In this document: in pieces, positions 10,001-19,400 of the stretch
Layout of the letters: the number at the start of each line of letters is the position of its first letter
Position numbering within the stretch: position 1 is the first letter of the stretch
Virus record (IMG/VR): IMGVR_UViG_3300043399_000877
Span: 124,001-188,000 of that record
Length of the DNA stretch: 64,000 bases
Direction: 5' to 3' (one strand)
Notes under the pieces: generated by a model
The model's database searches: none
What the model saw: the letters and a program-made list of their open reading frames with translations, nothing else
Told to the model about the DNA's origin: nothing
Made by a program: the position numbers and the translations under genes

Positions 10001-10061
10001 TGCTTATTAAATCATACAGTTCTTTGGCAACTGAATTCAGTTTTTTGTCTTCTTTTTCCAT
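6993..10061 (-). CDS. Large hypothetical protein, probably virion/head-associated and multi-domain
   Basis: Start refined to ATG 10061 (MEKEDKK), directly after late motif ATAAATA 10073-10067. Long ORF with a CWKGY..GMK.K.GK.VPNCVP motif and a hydrophobic segment near the C-terminus. Confidence 0.8.
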   Translation of the reverse strand: MEKEDKKLNSVAKELYDLISTQFADLKLGDDSATVVTEPEYARFFDFTYSTDEAKLGKVSVSLDERAISVIYKKNFVSDQPNNVKKSWYDFLRKIRKIANINRLTFDVRDIDKSNLTKRDYQVMSSEKFKGNAMTESKFYGTSMKSYLNIGEARLVIHHSQPVNQEVAGGRAQHIESIYVESSQGERFKYPIKHLNGAKAMARHVSEGGNPYDDFGSHIVGLSEELGKLGKFKRYMGRGGVMAESLAQYVDAVNERVIEVRKRIEHLQRETFYREAFENFEQTVLEEVPSDVAENWIEELTIRQFNEELKDVFPYIYRIVSERSKPTLLGPDELVAEADDPCWKGYRQLGMKDKGGKEVPNCVPEETELDENDRYKTNKNFKVADPDYNNFRIYVSLSKVIQNQFMATAISNASNREVEDAKSLSNKPEKAVEMVRQKLDARMANSKKVTGDATLDFNVAFTHDFMANDADDLGIDDPKKFYAKIAPGPTLVIANMYEFGDMPELLTADGFTRAGVRNNGANPLIGVKLSSKRVQLAELVANGRYIIGKPSQNKDGHYEYPMKFDSVVLDKGDLLKFNVPAVTVGSARTESSFESQIDDYYESLMGQFGESTITEAGDTIFVRFVERGGSATGVGKTKPSLFMIAGPGNTPADVQYKDAQVRATIFGKSYEAVDRAVQKLFATDQMLGIRKALLVWPDAATAKKHPYLGEYLNDANEGKIPNVEVVHATPKEKGVGGGKAGLIKPKQKTANWGSDTARVEPATQERVYYVSLENPKLLDFMHRTQQDFMRKYWRPNIKRFVLGKKQLDNLRKFADSPKNVEKFGNSKIWEFDPRNFKEQTDIPVDEGMRDKLKILALIGMAGMGGNMALDAISAKNSPLGQALAVAAQQGDQEAAMHLKNLDAYIDGQNTRALSGLRQKYLGKPAFEEEETDECGCDDGDGGMPQPEKPMTSLGDFILSFYDRNSGQFPKGETSVLTMVEKKYGDHYVPMATEFINRVHGTFKEYAVSENPEISRIRSLAGL

Positions 10062-10072
10062 AATATTATTTA

Positions 10073-11659
10073 TCAAAAATATGTACTTACAAAGATTGGC
10101 ATGGGTGGCTCATAATCTTCTTCTACCTGAATTTGGTTAAAGGTCTTATAAACAGTCACGTCCCAATCTTTCATTATGTTTATCATACGCAGCGCAAGTA
10201 TAATTGAGCTCACCAAGTCATCAGTTGTGCCGGGTTTTGCTTTAAATGTGCTTGCGGTTGCTACATAATTTTTTAATTCACTTATAAGTGGCTTGCTGTG
10301 AATAGTTAAATGCTTGTTTTCAACCATTGTCTTTAATCTAGCACATGTTGTTATTTTTGAGCTATGTGTTGTGTTAAAACCTTTTCTGAATTTTCTAACG
10401 TGACCCTTTTTTATTGGTTCACTTAAAAATAGCCCAGGAATGTTTTCTTCACCAAAATCATTTATAACAATAAGAGCAGCTTCTCCAATGGCGTTATTTT
10501 CAACACTCCAGTAAATATTACTTCCACCGGTCCTGCATTCGTCCGCAATATATTGGCAAATGTCTTTTAACACTCGAATCTGTCCAGGTATGGCGGTTAT
10601 GTTGTGTTGCCATTCTGCAACCTGTGTGTAGGTTGGGAGTTCGATTACTTGTATAGCTGCATTGTTGCCGCCGGTTCCCATACTAGGGTCAAGTGCCACA
10701 ATATAGCTAAATTCCGGACTGGGTTTCTTATACCAACGAGTCTGGCCCATATTCATAACCGGTGTTTTTCCGGTCAATTCAGCTAGTGTTAGGGAACTGA
10801 TTAGGGTCTCATCGTATACCAGGAATTCGCAACCGTATTCTCGACGGAATCTTTCTTCCCCGATACGTCCCATTTCGGTAGCAGCCCATTCTTCGTTTCG
10901 ATCAGGATGCTCGCTCCAGTGTGCAGTAAATGAAAAGAAACCGTTCTTACCTACGGACTTTTCGTTGCCGTATTCGTCAAACCTATCCGATGCTTGTTTC
11001 CATATGGTGGCAAAAGTATCTTCGTCACTATTTGGGGTACTGGTAATAATAGCTTTACCACCGGTCGCTAGTGTTGGAGAAATACTAGTCCAAAACTCGT
11101 CAGCTATGTTGGGTGGAACGAACGCAAATTCGTCACAATATAATAATGAAATTGACATACCACGACCAGTGTTGCCGGTGGTTGTTTGGCTTACTATACG
11201 AGAACCATTATCAAATTCAATAGTTCCTTTGTTATAGTTAATAGCACCCGCACGTATATGATTTGGGCACAGTTCATATGCATATCGAATTCTTTGCATA
11301 ATTTCTTGAGAACCAGCATACTTGTGTGCGGCAATAAGAATAGTTTGGTCTTGGTTAAACATAGCATACCACAACAAGTAACCGGCAGCACATGTAGTCT
11401 TACCGGTTTGGCGTGGTAGCATGTTTATATTAAATCGATGATTGTGATAACTTTCAAGTAGTCTTACTTGATAATCAAAAGGTTCAAAAAGTATTTTACC
11501 TTTTAGTGGATGTTGTATGTAAAAGTATTTTTTTAAAAAATACAAATAACCAGTGTCCGGATCCATACACCGTGCAAATTCTTCTATAGCTTCAGAAGTG
11601 TATGTTTCCTTCTGATGTGCTTTTTTGATTAAAACACCGTCTAAACTCTTGGCAGCCAT
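10073..11659 (-). CDS. terL: Terminase large subunit (T4 gp17-like)
   Basis: LPRQTGKTT Walker A, LLYCDEFAF Walker B, IITSTPN, FRREYGCEF, VALDPSMG, VENN, DDLV nuclease motif. Confidence 0.96.
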   Translation of the reverse strand: MAAKSLDGVLIKKAHQKETYTSEAIEEFARCMDPDTGYLYFLKKYFYIQHPLKGKILFEPFDYQVRLLESYHNHRFNINMLPRQTGKTTCAAGYLLWYAMFNQDQTILIAAHKYAGSQEIMQRIRYAYELCPNHIRAGAINYNKGTIEFDNGSRIVSQTTTGNTGRGMSISLLYCDEFAFVPPNIADEFWTSISPTLATGGKAIITSTPNSDEDTFATIWKQASDRFDEYGNEKSVGKNGFFSFTAHWSEHPDRNEEWAATEMGRIGEERFRREYGCEFLVYDETLISSLTLAELTGKTPVMNMGQTRWYKKPSPEFSYIVALDPSMGTGGNNAAIQVIELPTYTQVAEWQHNITAIPGQIRVLKDICQYIADECRTGGSNIYWSVENNAIGEAALIVINDFGEENIPGLFLSEPIKKGHVRKFRKGFNTTHSSKITTCARLKTMVENKHLTIHSKPLISELKNYVATASTFKAKPGTTDDLVSSIILALRMINIMKDWDVTVYKTFNQIQVEEDYEPPMPIFVSTYF

Positions 11660-11664
11660 TAGAA

Positions 11665-11699
11665 AACTCCTTATCTATTATTTATAAAGATAAGGAGTT
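11665..11699 (-). promoter_or_regulatory. Late promoter TATAAATA in the loop of an RBS-sequestering hairpin upstream of terL
   Basis: 12-bp inverted repeat 11665-11676 / 11688-11699; the loop holds TATAAATA (11686-11679) and the 3' arm holds the AGGAG SD. Confidence 0.8.
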
Positions 11700-11899
11700 A
11701 TCCGTGTGTTTTAATTTTTATTCTTGTGGTATTGGCTTGTAATCTATAAAACCATGCCACCCATATTGGTCTTTTAATTTTTTTTCTACGTAAGACTGTG
11801 TTCCTACTACAACATCTGTTTTTTCGTCACCAAAATGCGTTTTAAAAGAATATTTTACAGCAACTTTACCATCAGAATATCGTCTTGCATTTATAATTT

Positions 11900-12688
11900 T
11901 TATTTTGCTGTCTTCTGTGTTTTCATTGAAACTTTTTTTTTATCAGCAACGGCCTTTTTCATTGGCTCTTTTTTATTGCCGTCTTTGTCCATATCAAGGA
12001 AATCTGGCTTTGCAGCTTCTTTAACCTTCTTGTCCTTGAGGGCCTTTTTCATTGGCTCTTTTTTATTGCCGTCTTTGTCCATATCAAGGAAATCTGGTTT
12101 GGCTTTTTTCTCAGCTTCTGCTAGGGCACGATATAGTCTGGCTTTGATGCTTTCAACTGCCATAGCATTGTCGCCCTTTTGTGCAGCAGCGAATGCTCGC
12201 TTTTCACGGTTTATGCCACCGGAAAGGTCCTTTATCATCATATCGTGACCGGCATACTCGGGATTGGGTTCGTTTGCCCATTCTTCCATATCCATATCTT
12301 CATATGGGCTCGGATCTTTTACTCTTATATCCTTTGGATTTTTTGGGCCATTTAATCCACCGCCGGCTTTGGTAGTTACTGCATCTACACCTGCATACTT
12401 TTCATTTGGTGCATTTGCCGGTAACTTTGTTACTATGTCTGTGCCAGTGCCCATGTCAGCACCCATGTTGTCAACTGCTGATTTAAACTTTGAAATATCA
12501 TTATGCATGTTACCCAACGGTGCTGCGGATGTTGGTGTGCTAACACCGCGTAGTCTATCCAACATTGCGCCAACTTCGTCAGCAGTGTCACCGTTAAAAG
12601 TTACAGTCATATTGGCAGTTTCGTCCAGTCTTGTTTTTTTCTTTTCAACACCGTCAATGTGCTGCAAAATTTTCTTAATATCCATCAT
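11900..12688 (-). CDS. Charged hypothetical (likely head-associated) protein with two DxDxDG repeats
   Basis: 262-aa ORF with KPDFLDMDKDGNKKEPMKKA twice; possible -1 frame extension to 11718. Confidence 0.8.
   Translation of the reverse strand: MMDIKKILQHIDGVEKKKTRLDETANMTVTFNGDTADEVGAMLDRLRGVSTPTSAAPLGNMHNDISKFKSAVDNMGADMGTGTDIVTKLPANAPNEKYAGVDAVTTKAGGGLNGPKNPKDIRVKDPSPYEDMDMEEWANEPNPEYAGHDMMIKDLSGGINREKRAFAAAQKGDNAMAVESIKARLYRALAEAEKKAKPDFLDMDKDGNKKEPMKKALKDKKVKEAAKPDFLDMDKDGNKKEPMKKAVADKKKVSMKTQKTAK
11951..12097. repeat. 57-bp perfect direct repeat, 90-nt period
   Basis: ggcctttttcattggctc...ggaaatctgg at 11951-12007 and 12041-12097. Confidence 0.9.
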
Positions 12689-12701
12689 TTTCTCCTAACG
12701 G

Positions 12702-13217
12702 TTACTTCTTCTCTGTTTTTGATATGTCGTATGCACCATAGGGATTTTCTTTCCTGGCGACTTCTAATTCTTTTAGCAATGACATGACACGATTTTGTCC
12801 AGCAAATTCTTGTCCGCTAACACTTTCCATTTGCTCAGTGTCTAATAGCGATGTATAAACTTCTGTTTTTTTAGAAGTTTCCGCATAAGTTGTGTTAACT
12901 GGATCTGCAAGGTTCCTAACACGTATGTGGCTTCTTGGTACGTTGCAAATACTTCCGAGATACTCTTCTAGAACAGCCGGAGTAGTCGGGTATGTAAGGT
13001 CAGTTTCGAAGTGAACAACCTCTATGTTTTGCATATTGGGGAATTCTAAAGGACTCTCTTGGATTGGAGTTCTTTTACCTTCACTAAATTTCTTTACACC
13101 ATATTTTGTTAGTGCAGAATGCAAGTTATCTGACATCCCTTTGTGATCGCCAGCAACGGAAATCTTGAATTGATATACTTTTTTATTCTCTGCAAGATAG
13201 TCAAAAAACGTTTTCAT
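12702..13217 (-). CDS. Hypothetical protein
   Basis: 171-aa ORF (MKTFFDYLAE...) with SD and late motif ATAAATA at 13245-13239. Confidence 0.8.
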   Translation of the reverse strand: MKTFFDYLAENKKVYQFKISVAGDHKGMSDNLHSALTKYGVKKFSEGKRTPIQESPLEFPNMQNIEVVHFETDLTYPTTPAVLEEYLGSICNVPRSHIRVRNLADPVNTTYAETSKKTEVYTSLLDTEQMESVSGQEFAGQNRVMSLLKELEVARKENPYGAYDISKTEKK

Positions 13218-13237
13218 TGTTAAATCCTATAGTTATA

Positions 13238-13720
13238 TTATTTATCCGGATTAGTTTTTTTCAATCGCTCAAGCAAACTATTTCTGTCAGTCACTATAAA
13301 TCCCTCACCATTTGTTAGGTCTGCAACTGATGAGCTAGTATCTCTATCTAGCTTTTCTTTCTTAATTTGCATATCTACCATTTTTAGCTTTTTGTCTACT
13401 TTGGCTATTTTTGCTTCTAATCCGGTTTTTAAGAAAGCATTTGCTACTTCAAATATTCTGCCACTGTAGCGTCCTTCAACATTCATACCGAGGTCCATTA
13501 AATCTTCAAACGCTTGCATAGCCTTGTCTGCGACGTCGTTTAATTCTTCATCGGCCATTTCACCGAGCCCACTAACCTGTGGTAATGCTGCTGTAATCTT
13601 GTCTAAATCTCCGGGATCACGAACGTTAGTTAGTTCCCGTTTGGGTTTTTTGTTTTCAGGAGCGTCTAGTTCTTTAGAATTTTCCGGAAGATTTAAGAGT
13701 TTTTCAAGTTTCTTTGTCAT
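13238..13720 (-). CDS. Putative terminase small subunit (gp16-like)
   Basis: 160-aa helical protein; SGRIFEVA resembles the gp16 PRAYEV motif; coiled coil and C-terminal TDRNSLLERL; near terL. Confidence 0.5.
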   Translation of the reverse strand: MTKKLEKLLNLPENSKELDAPENKKPKRELTNVRDPGDLDKITAALPQVSGLGEMADEELNDVADKAMQAFEDLMDLGMNVEGRYSGRIFEVANAFLKTGLEAKIAKVDKKLKMVDMQIKKEKLDRDTSSSVADLTNGEGFIVTDRNSLLERLKKTNPDK

Positions 13721-13728
13721 AAGTTTAT

Positions 13729-14172
13729 TTACTTTCTCTTTCGTGAACCGTTGTGAAACATGTCGCCTTCGTTAATAATTCTAAAGCTAATACCCATTTT
13801 TGCAGCCCAAGCGCGAGCTGCGGCCCACTTGACTTGATTTAAGGCAAACTCAAGTCTATCATTTTGGTTACGTGTAACCTTTTCTTTAAATGTGTGCTTT
13901 TCTGGTTTAATTTCGATTAACTCGCTATGCTGTTTTCCGTCAGCATCTATGTATACAATAAAAAAATCTGGAACATATATCGTAGGTTTTCCAGTAAAAG
14001 GATTTACATAATTTATTTTAATACTTTCACTTGCCCATTTTAATATATTTGTATTAGTATCGCAGAAATTCATAAATGCAAATTCCCAACTGCTACGATA
14101 TGTTGGCTGTCGGTTCCCAACATACTTTTCGGGATTCTTTACAGTATATTTTCCTTTTGCATAATTTCTCAT
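13729..14172 (-). CDS. gp4: Head completion nuclease (T4 gp4-like, TnsA-like PD-(D/E)xK)
   Basis: KNPEKYVG, YRSSWE, KWASE, YVPDF, IEIKP, NQVKWAAA, FRIINE. Confidence 0.9.
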   Translation of the reverse strand: MRNYAKGKYTVKNPEKYVGNRQPTYRSSWEFAFMNFCDTNTNILKWASESIKINYVNPFTGKPTIYVPDFFIVYIDADGKQHSELIEIKPEKHTFKEKVTRNQNDRLEFALNQVKWAAARAWAAKMGISFRIINEGDMFHNGSRKRK

Positions 14173-14543
14173 ATTATGATATTTCTAACATCCTCAACAT
14201 TTGGGGTTGTGGAATTTCTGTATCCAAGTGTGCTTATTTTTGCACGATTGGAGTTTAAAACTTGGGTTACAACGTCGCTTAATTGTATGCTGGTGAGACC
14301 TTCAAGTGTTTCAACTATTTTAAAAACATTTACATTTTCAATTTTAGCTTGTTGTAAGATTGCTGTTGCAACGCTTACTGCTGCTAATTCGTCAAAACCG
14401 CGTTTTGTAAAAAACCCAATTACAGCATCGATTTGGTTTGCCGGATAGCTAACAGTAGTAGTGTAAAATTTATTATAAAATTCCTTAACTTCAGTTGCGC
14501 TATCTGGGTTTGAATTTTTGTCTATATTAGAAAAATCAGTCAT
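14169..14543 (-). CDS. Hypothetical protein
   Basis: 124-aa ORF coupled to its neighbours. Confidence 0.75.
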   Translation of the reverse strand: MTDFSNIDKNSNPDSATEVKEFYNKFYTTTVSYPANQIDAVIGFFTKRGFDELAAVSVATAILQQAKIENVNVFKIVETLEGLTSIQLSDVVTQVLNSNRAKISTLGYRNSTTPNVEDVRNIII

Positions 14544-14546
14544 GTG

Positions 14547-15641
14547 TTAATTCCCAAAATTTACTGGCGATGCAAGTGTCTCGGTGCTTCCGGTTGTAAG
14601 TCTGGAAAATGACAAATCGGACAATGCCCCAGGTGGTGGTACTGAATTTTCAGATATACGCAATACTTCGGTTAATACATCAGTACCAGTTGTGTTTTGC
14701 AAATTTTCGTAGGTATTAGCGGCTAGTAAAACACCACTTAAAAAGTTTCCAGATTGAAATTCATTTATTACTGTGTTTATGTTTGAAATTACGCCAGTTT
14801 GTCCATACAACACCCCAGTTCCACCGCCGGCAAGCGTTAACGGACTGGGCATGTTATCATAGTGTGTAGTGGCGAAACCGGCTGGATTTTCACCTTTGCT
14901 TACTTGACCACGATTATAAAACACAGCTTCATAACCAATAGTCATAGTATTTGAAGTAAAATCACTGTTTTCTTGATTTAATTTATCGTGTTGATATTTT
15001 TCAATATACGGGTTTACTAGTGTAAAGCTAGTAAATGTAGGTTTGGCATTTTGTGGGTGTAATTGAAAAACTTGAATGCTTGTAAAGAAATGTTGGTTTT
15101 TACCGCTTCTGTCCAAACCAAATTTATAACCCAATCTGTCAACACCAGCGTACATTGTATTAAGTGAGCCGGTTTTTTGATAAGCTGGATTAGTTAATCC
15201 TGGACTACCGTTGTAATCGGTAGTCGTATAATTGCTATCAGTATAGTAATATCTAAAGTAACTTTCCCACAGGAATGTGGTTATTCCAGCGTTGTCATCA
15301 TGAAACTCAATAGTAATTGGTTGATAGTCTACCCCAGTTTGAACAATTTTTTTACGGTTGTATTGATTTAGCGTTTCTGTTTTCAGTGTATAACCGGGCA
15401 AATCAACTGCCTTTACCAGCAAGTTTATTTCAGTTCTATCAAAAACGTTTTGTGTGTTTAATAATGAAACAACTGCGGGATTTATGTTGAATACCACGTG
15501 ATACAAATAGCCCACTTTTGGGGCCAACCGCATGTTATTATCAGTATACAATCTTGCAGCATGCTGGTAATCACCAAGGTTTCCCTTGGGATTTGTAAGG
15601 CTGCTTAAAAAGTTATCAAAAAAACCATTAAATGTCGACAT
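14547..15641 (-). CDS. Baseplate/tail-tube initiator-like protein (gp48/gp54 tube fold)
   Basis: Start refined to ATG 15641 after ATAAATA 15653-15647; LLVKAVDLPGYTLKTETLNQYNRK, YQPITIEFHDD; follows the tube gene. Confidence 0.6.
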   Translation of the reverse strand: MSTFNGFFDNFLSSLTNPKGNLGDYQHAARLYTDNNMRLAPKVGYLYHVVFNINPAVVSLLNTQNVFDRTEINLLVKAVDLPGYTLKTETLNQYNRKKIVQTGVDYQPITIEFHDDNAGITTFLWESYFRYYYTDSNYTTTDYNGSPGLTNPAYQKTGSLNTMYAGVDRLGYKFGLDRSGKNQHFFTSIQVFQLHPQNAKPTFTSFTLVNPYIEKYQHDKLNQENSDFTSNTMTIGYEAVFYNRGQVSKGENPAGFATTHYDNMPSPLTLAGGGTGVLYGQTGVISNINTVINEFQSGNFLSGVLLAANTYENLQNTTGTDVLTEVLRISENSVPPPGALSDLSFSRLTTGSTETLASPVNFGN

Positions 15642-15681
15642 ATAATTATTTATGCAAAAAAATAATATACAAACATAATAA

Positions 15682-15710
15682 AAGAGGCAAAGTACGAAAC
15701 TTTGCCTCTT
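15682..15710 (-). terminator. Intrinsic terminator downstream of the tail tube gene
   Basis: 12-bp stem AAGAGGCAAAGT / ACTTTGCCTCTT with a UUCGU loop on the minus strand. Confidence 0.75.
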
Positions 15711-15736
15711 AAGTAGCAATCTCTTTATATTTTTTA

Positions 15737-16369
15737 TTATACTGTTCTTGATTCGCCAGTAATCAAGCTATTGATAGTTCTTCCAACTGATGATCCAACG
15801 CCGGTATTTTCTGGTGTTTGAATTGCGTTATCATATTGTAGTGTAAGTGTAACTGTTACCGGTGCACTTGTTTCGTATGCAAGAGTATTGTAGTTAGCTT
15901 GGCTTAGGTAGCAACCATACAATTCCCATGTTTCTAGAACTGTTGGAGTATACTTGCCGTTACCACCGTCAAGAATTTCAAGCTTGGTAGTAAACTTGTA
16001 ATCAACACCACTTGCTGCGCTACTTTGTTCCATAAAATCAAACTGCTTCTGAAGCTGTTCACCAACCAACTTTTGCACGTTATTGTTAACATCTTCACGA
16101 AGGTTAATAGTAATCGGTGCCCAAGTATGCTTGCCTGCAAGGTTTACTTTTGAGTTGTAAACATGTACTTCCATGTTTTCAAAACTCAAATCTGGTCTAG
16201 TTGCGTCAATCACTTGCTTGGTAAGTTCAGTAGTGGATCCACTTACACCGAAGTTTAAAAATGTAACTCTGAATCTGTATTGTAGCTTTGGCATTAACAG
16301 ACCTTGGCCAGTTGGATTCTGGTCAGCTGCAAGTGGGACTGTTATATTTCTTAACGATGAGATTGCCAT
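15737..16369 (-). CDS. gp19: Tail tube protein (gp19-like)
   Basis: KLQYRFRVTF, RPDLSFE, YNSKVNLAGKHTW, DFMEQSSA, WELYGCY, VTLTLQYDNA; directly downstream of the sheath gene. Confidence 0.88.
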   Translation of the reverse strand: MAISSLRNITVPLAADQNPTGQGLLMPKLQYRFRVTFLNFGVSGSTTELTKQVIDATRPDLSFENMEVHVYNSKVNLAGKHTWAPITINLREDVNNNVQKLVGEQLQKQFDFMEQSSAASGVDYKFTTKLEILDGGNGKYTPTVLETWELYGCYLSQANYNTLAYETSAPVTVTLTLQYDNAIQTPENTGVGSSVGRTINSLITGESRTV

Positions 16370-16429
16370 ATTATCTATAACTCCTTATATAGAGTATTTA
16401 TCTTCTTTTCTAGTTTTTAAAATGCGTTA

Positions 16430-16453
16430 AAAAGGCCGCTTGCGCGGCCTTTT
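16430..16453. terminator. Bidirectional-type intrinsic terminator between sheath and tube
   Basis: AAAAGGCCGC-TTGC-GCGGCCTTTT. Confidence 0.8.
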
Positions 16454-16454
16454 A

Positions 16455-19400
16455 TTATAATCCAGCTATTTCGCCGGTATTCTTTAGACGTAGCGGTATG
16501 TAAATAAATTCGATTGCTTTTACTGGTTCAATCGCAATATCTACATAAAGTTCGTTACGATCTATTCTGCTTGGTGTGTTGTTTGATTCATCACACACAA
16601 CAAGATAGTCGTAAATCGCGCGTAGTCCGGTCAACTCTACCATTAGACTTTCAACCTGTTGCTTGATTTCGTCTCTGGTAATTTTATCATTTGGTTCAAA
16701 TATAAACGGCTTTGCGAGCTTCTTAAGCTGGCTGCGTAGATACACTACTAAACGTGCAACGTTTACACGATCCAGTGCGCTTGCGTTTCTTGCACGGGTC
16801 TTCTGTCCGTAAACAACAATACCAGCACCATTTAGGAACGTTATTGGGTTTACACCGTTTAGATAAAGTACATCACGTTGACCTTCATTTAGTGCTGTGC
16901 TTACAAATTCGCCTTCGTCACTTATGTAACCGACTGCACTTGCATTTGTAACTCCGCCGCGGCGAGTACCTGCTGGAGCAAACCACGGATATCCAACTTG
17001 GTCGTTTAGTGCTATAGTTCTTAGAACTATATGACTAGACGGAACCACTACGTTGTTTCCTAGATTGTCAGTAGTATAACCACTTGGGTAATACACACCA
17101 AGGTATTCATCTCTTGATACCAATCCTAGATCGTTGTCTTCAACAGCCTGATTCAAGTTTGAAGCCCATGCCTCGATACTGCTGCTGTTTGGCTTGAGTC
17201 TCATTGGGCTATCGCCTATGACAAACGCTGATAGTCCACGATCGTAGTTTAGGCTAATCATTTCTCCGATAAGTTCTGGATATCCTGGGCAAGCAATCAA
17301 GTTAAACACTCTTGATTCGTCGTCTCTGATATCTTGGTTACTTGCAACAAGAGCTTGTAGGCTTTGTACCACAACTTTACGCTGTGATTGGCGACCAAAG
17401 CAACCTGAACCGTCAACGTTATTTGCTGCCTCGCTCACCCAACGATGTGGATAATAATTTGACATAAATTGGTTGTTGAAACGACTGTTTCTTCCGCCAA
17501 CATTTATATAATTCTTAACCAAACGCTTAACGTTAAATCCGCTTCTTCTCAAATTCCACAACAGCATACCTTTTGGATATAGTGATGGGTCTGGTGCATC
17601 TGGATCCAAGTAATTGCTAGTCAGCAATTGAACTATTGATCCGGTTGGTTCTTCAGTAGCGGTTCCGCCGTTTCGTCCTGCCCGGGCGTCAGCGAAAACA
17701 ATACCGTTTTCAGTAGTTTGGTCAGTCTTGTCTACCAACACCCACTTGTCTAAATCTGCACTGTATCTGTAAATCATCGGGTAATTTTCCATGTCCCCGT
17801 TGTCGATCCACAAGTCACCTTCTGCAAGTGGTGAACCGTCGGATTGTTGTGTTGGTTCAGTAGCACTCACAATCGGTCCCAGTGGGTTAGTGTCCTGATA
17901 TGCTAGGCTATAGTTTTTATATCCAACCCATGTTGTGCCGTTGTTAATTAGTATGTCAACTTCATCAGTTATACTATTATACCAAAGAGTTCCGTCTTCT
18001 GCAACAGTTGATGGAGCATCTACTGACGCAACGTAATTTAGGACCTTCCACTTCGTTGCAACGTAAGTTGCTCCATCACCAGCTTCAGCAGCAGCTACAT
18101 AAAAATCTACTGTAGATGCATTGTTGTTTGGATCATATGGAGTGAATATCTTTTCAATAGGATTGTTTGCGCCTTCTATGAAGCGCATTTCGCCACCTTG
18201 GTCATGTTTAACAACCAGTCTGTTTGACCCATCAACAGTAGCAGACACATTATTCAAGCTAGAATTATTAATAAGTGCAGCAAGTGTAGCAGCATCATTT
18301 TCATTACCCACTGCTGTGAAGCTTAGGATGCCACTGTCAACTAAGAACTGGTTACCGATACGACTTTCTTTTATTCTAAACTGATATGTACCAACTGCAA
18401 ATTGTGTTGAAATTGGTGTGCTAGTGACAGTTGTAGATCCAGTGCCGTTTCTTCTAAAAATTTTAAATGTGGCCAGCTTATTGGGATCCAATGTTTCCCC
18501 AATGTTTGATTGCACATACAATGCACCATCTGGAATACCAAGTCCGCCACGATTTCTATCTAACATATAAATTGCATGGTGATTGTTGTCGTATATTGGC
18601 GCCGTCATAGAATCCCATAGCAATGTAGTGCTATTCCAAAGTTTTATTGACCAGTTTGCACCAAGGTTTGGAGTTGTGGTCTTAATCCATATACTACCAG
18701 TAGGTCTTGGTTGAACATCAGTCAATTTATATTCTGGAACTTGAGTGTGTGTTTGTATGCTCAATTTTGGTGCATAATAAGTTTTAGCTTGGAGACCCAA
18801 TGCAGTTAGCAATGCAGGTGCTCCTGTGAGTGCAAATGCATCCCAACCACCGCTTCCGTTATTGTAAAGAGCAATTCGGTTATTTACAACTTTTGCACTA
18901 AATCCAGTTCCGGCAGATGCCATTACGCTGTTAATTTGTGCAACAAAGGTTGCAAGCGTTTCAGCGCCAGGTACTTCAACCTGATATTCTATTTGTGCAT
19001 TTCCAACTGTAGTAAAAGTTAATGAAAGTGCAGGATTGCTTAGACCAGCTAACGATGGCGATGACACTGATCCAGTAACAACCGGATTGCTTGCTTTCCA
19101 CTCTTCTGAGCCAACTTCTACCCAAACCAGATCTGCGTTTTTGTACCATAGTCTTGGTGTATTTGTGACTGTGACTATTGCATAAGATCCTACTCTTCCA
19201 ATGTCAGATCTTGGAGTATAATCGCCACCTGCAAAGTTTACAACACGCGCAGTTTCTGTTATTTTTATCGGCTCAACATTGCTGAATTTTTGACCACCAG
19301 CAGCAACTGAGCTTGCATTCCATGAAAATATACCGAAAAGACTTTGCTGCAAGTCAAACCAGTAAGTCCCAGCAGTTGGATTTCCGCGGGGTGCCTCGGA

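Noticed and set aside
10073-11659. Intein or intron in terL (also checked recA and sheath)
   Set aside because: Lengths are normal for terL and recA; no Cys/Ser...His-Asn splice motifs or LAGLIDADG/HNH domains were seen
13729-14172. TnsA-like transposon endonuclease
   Set aside because: The motifs and context fit the T4 gp4 head-completion nuclease; no transposon ends or partner genes
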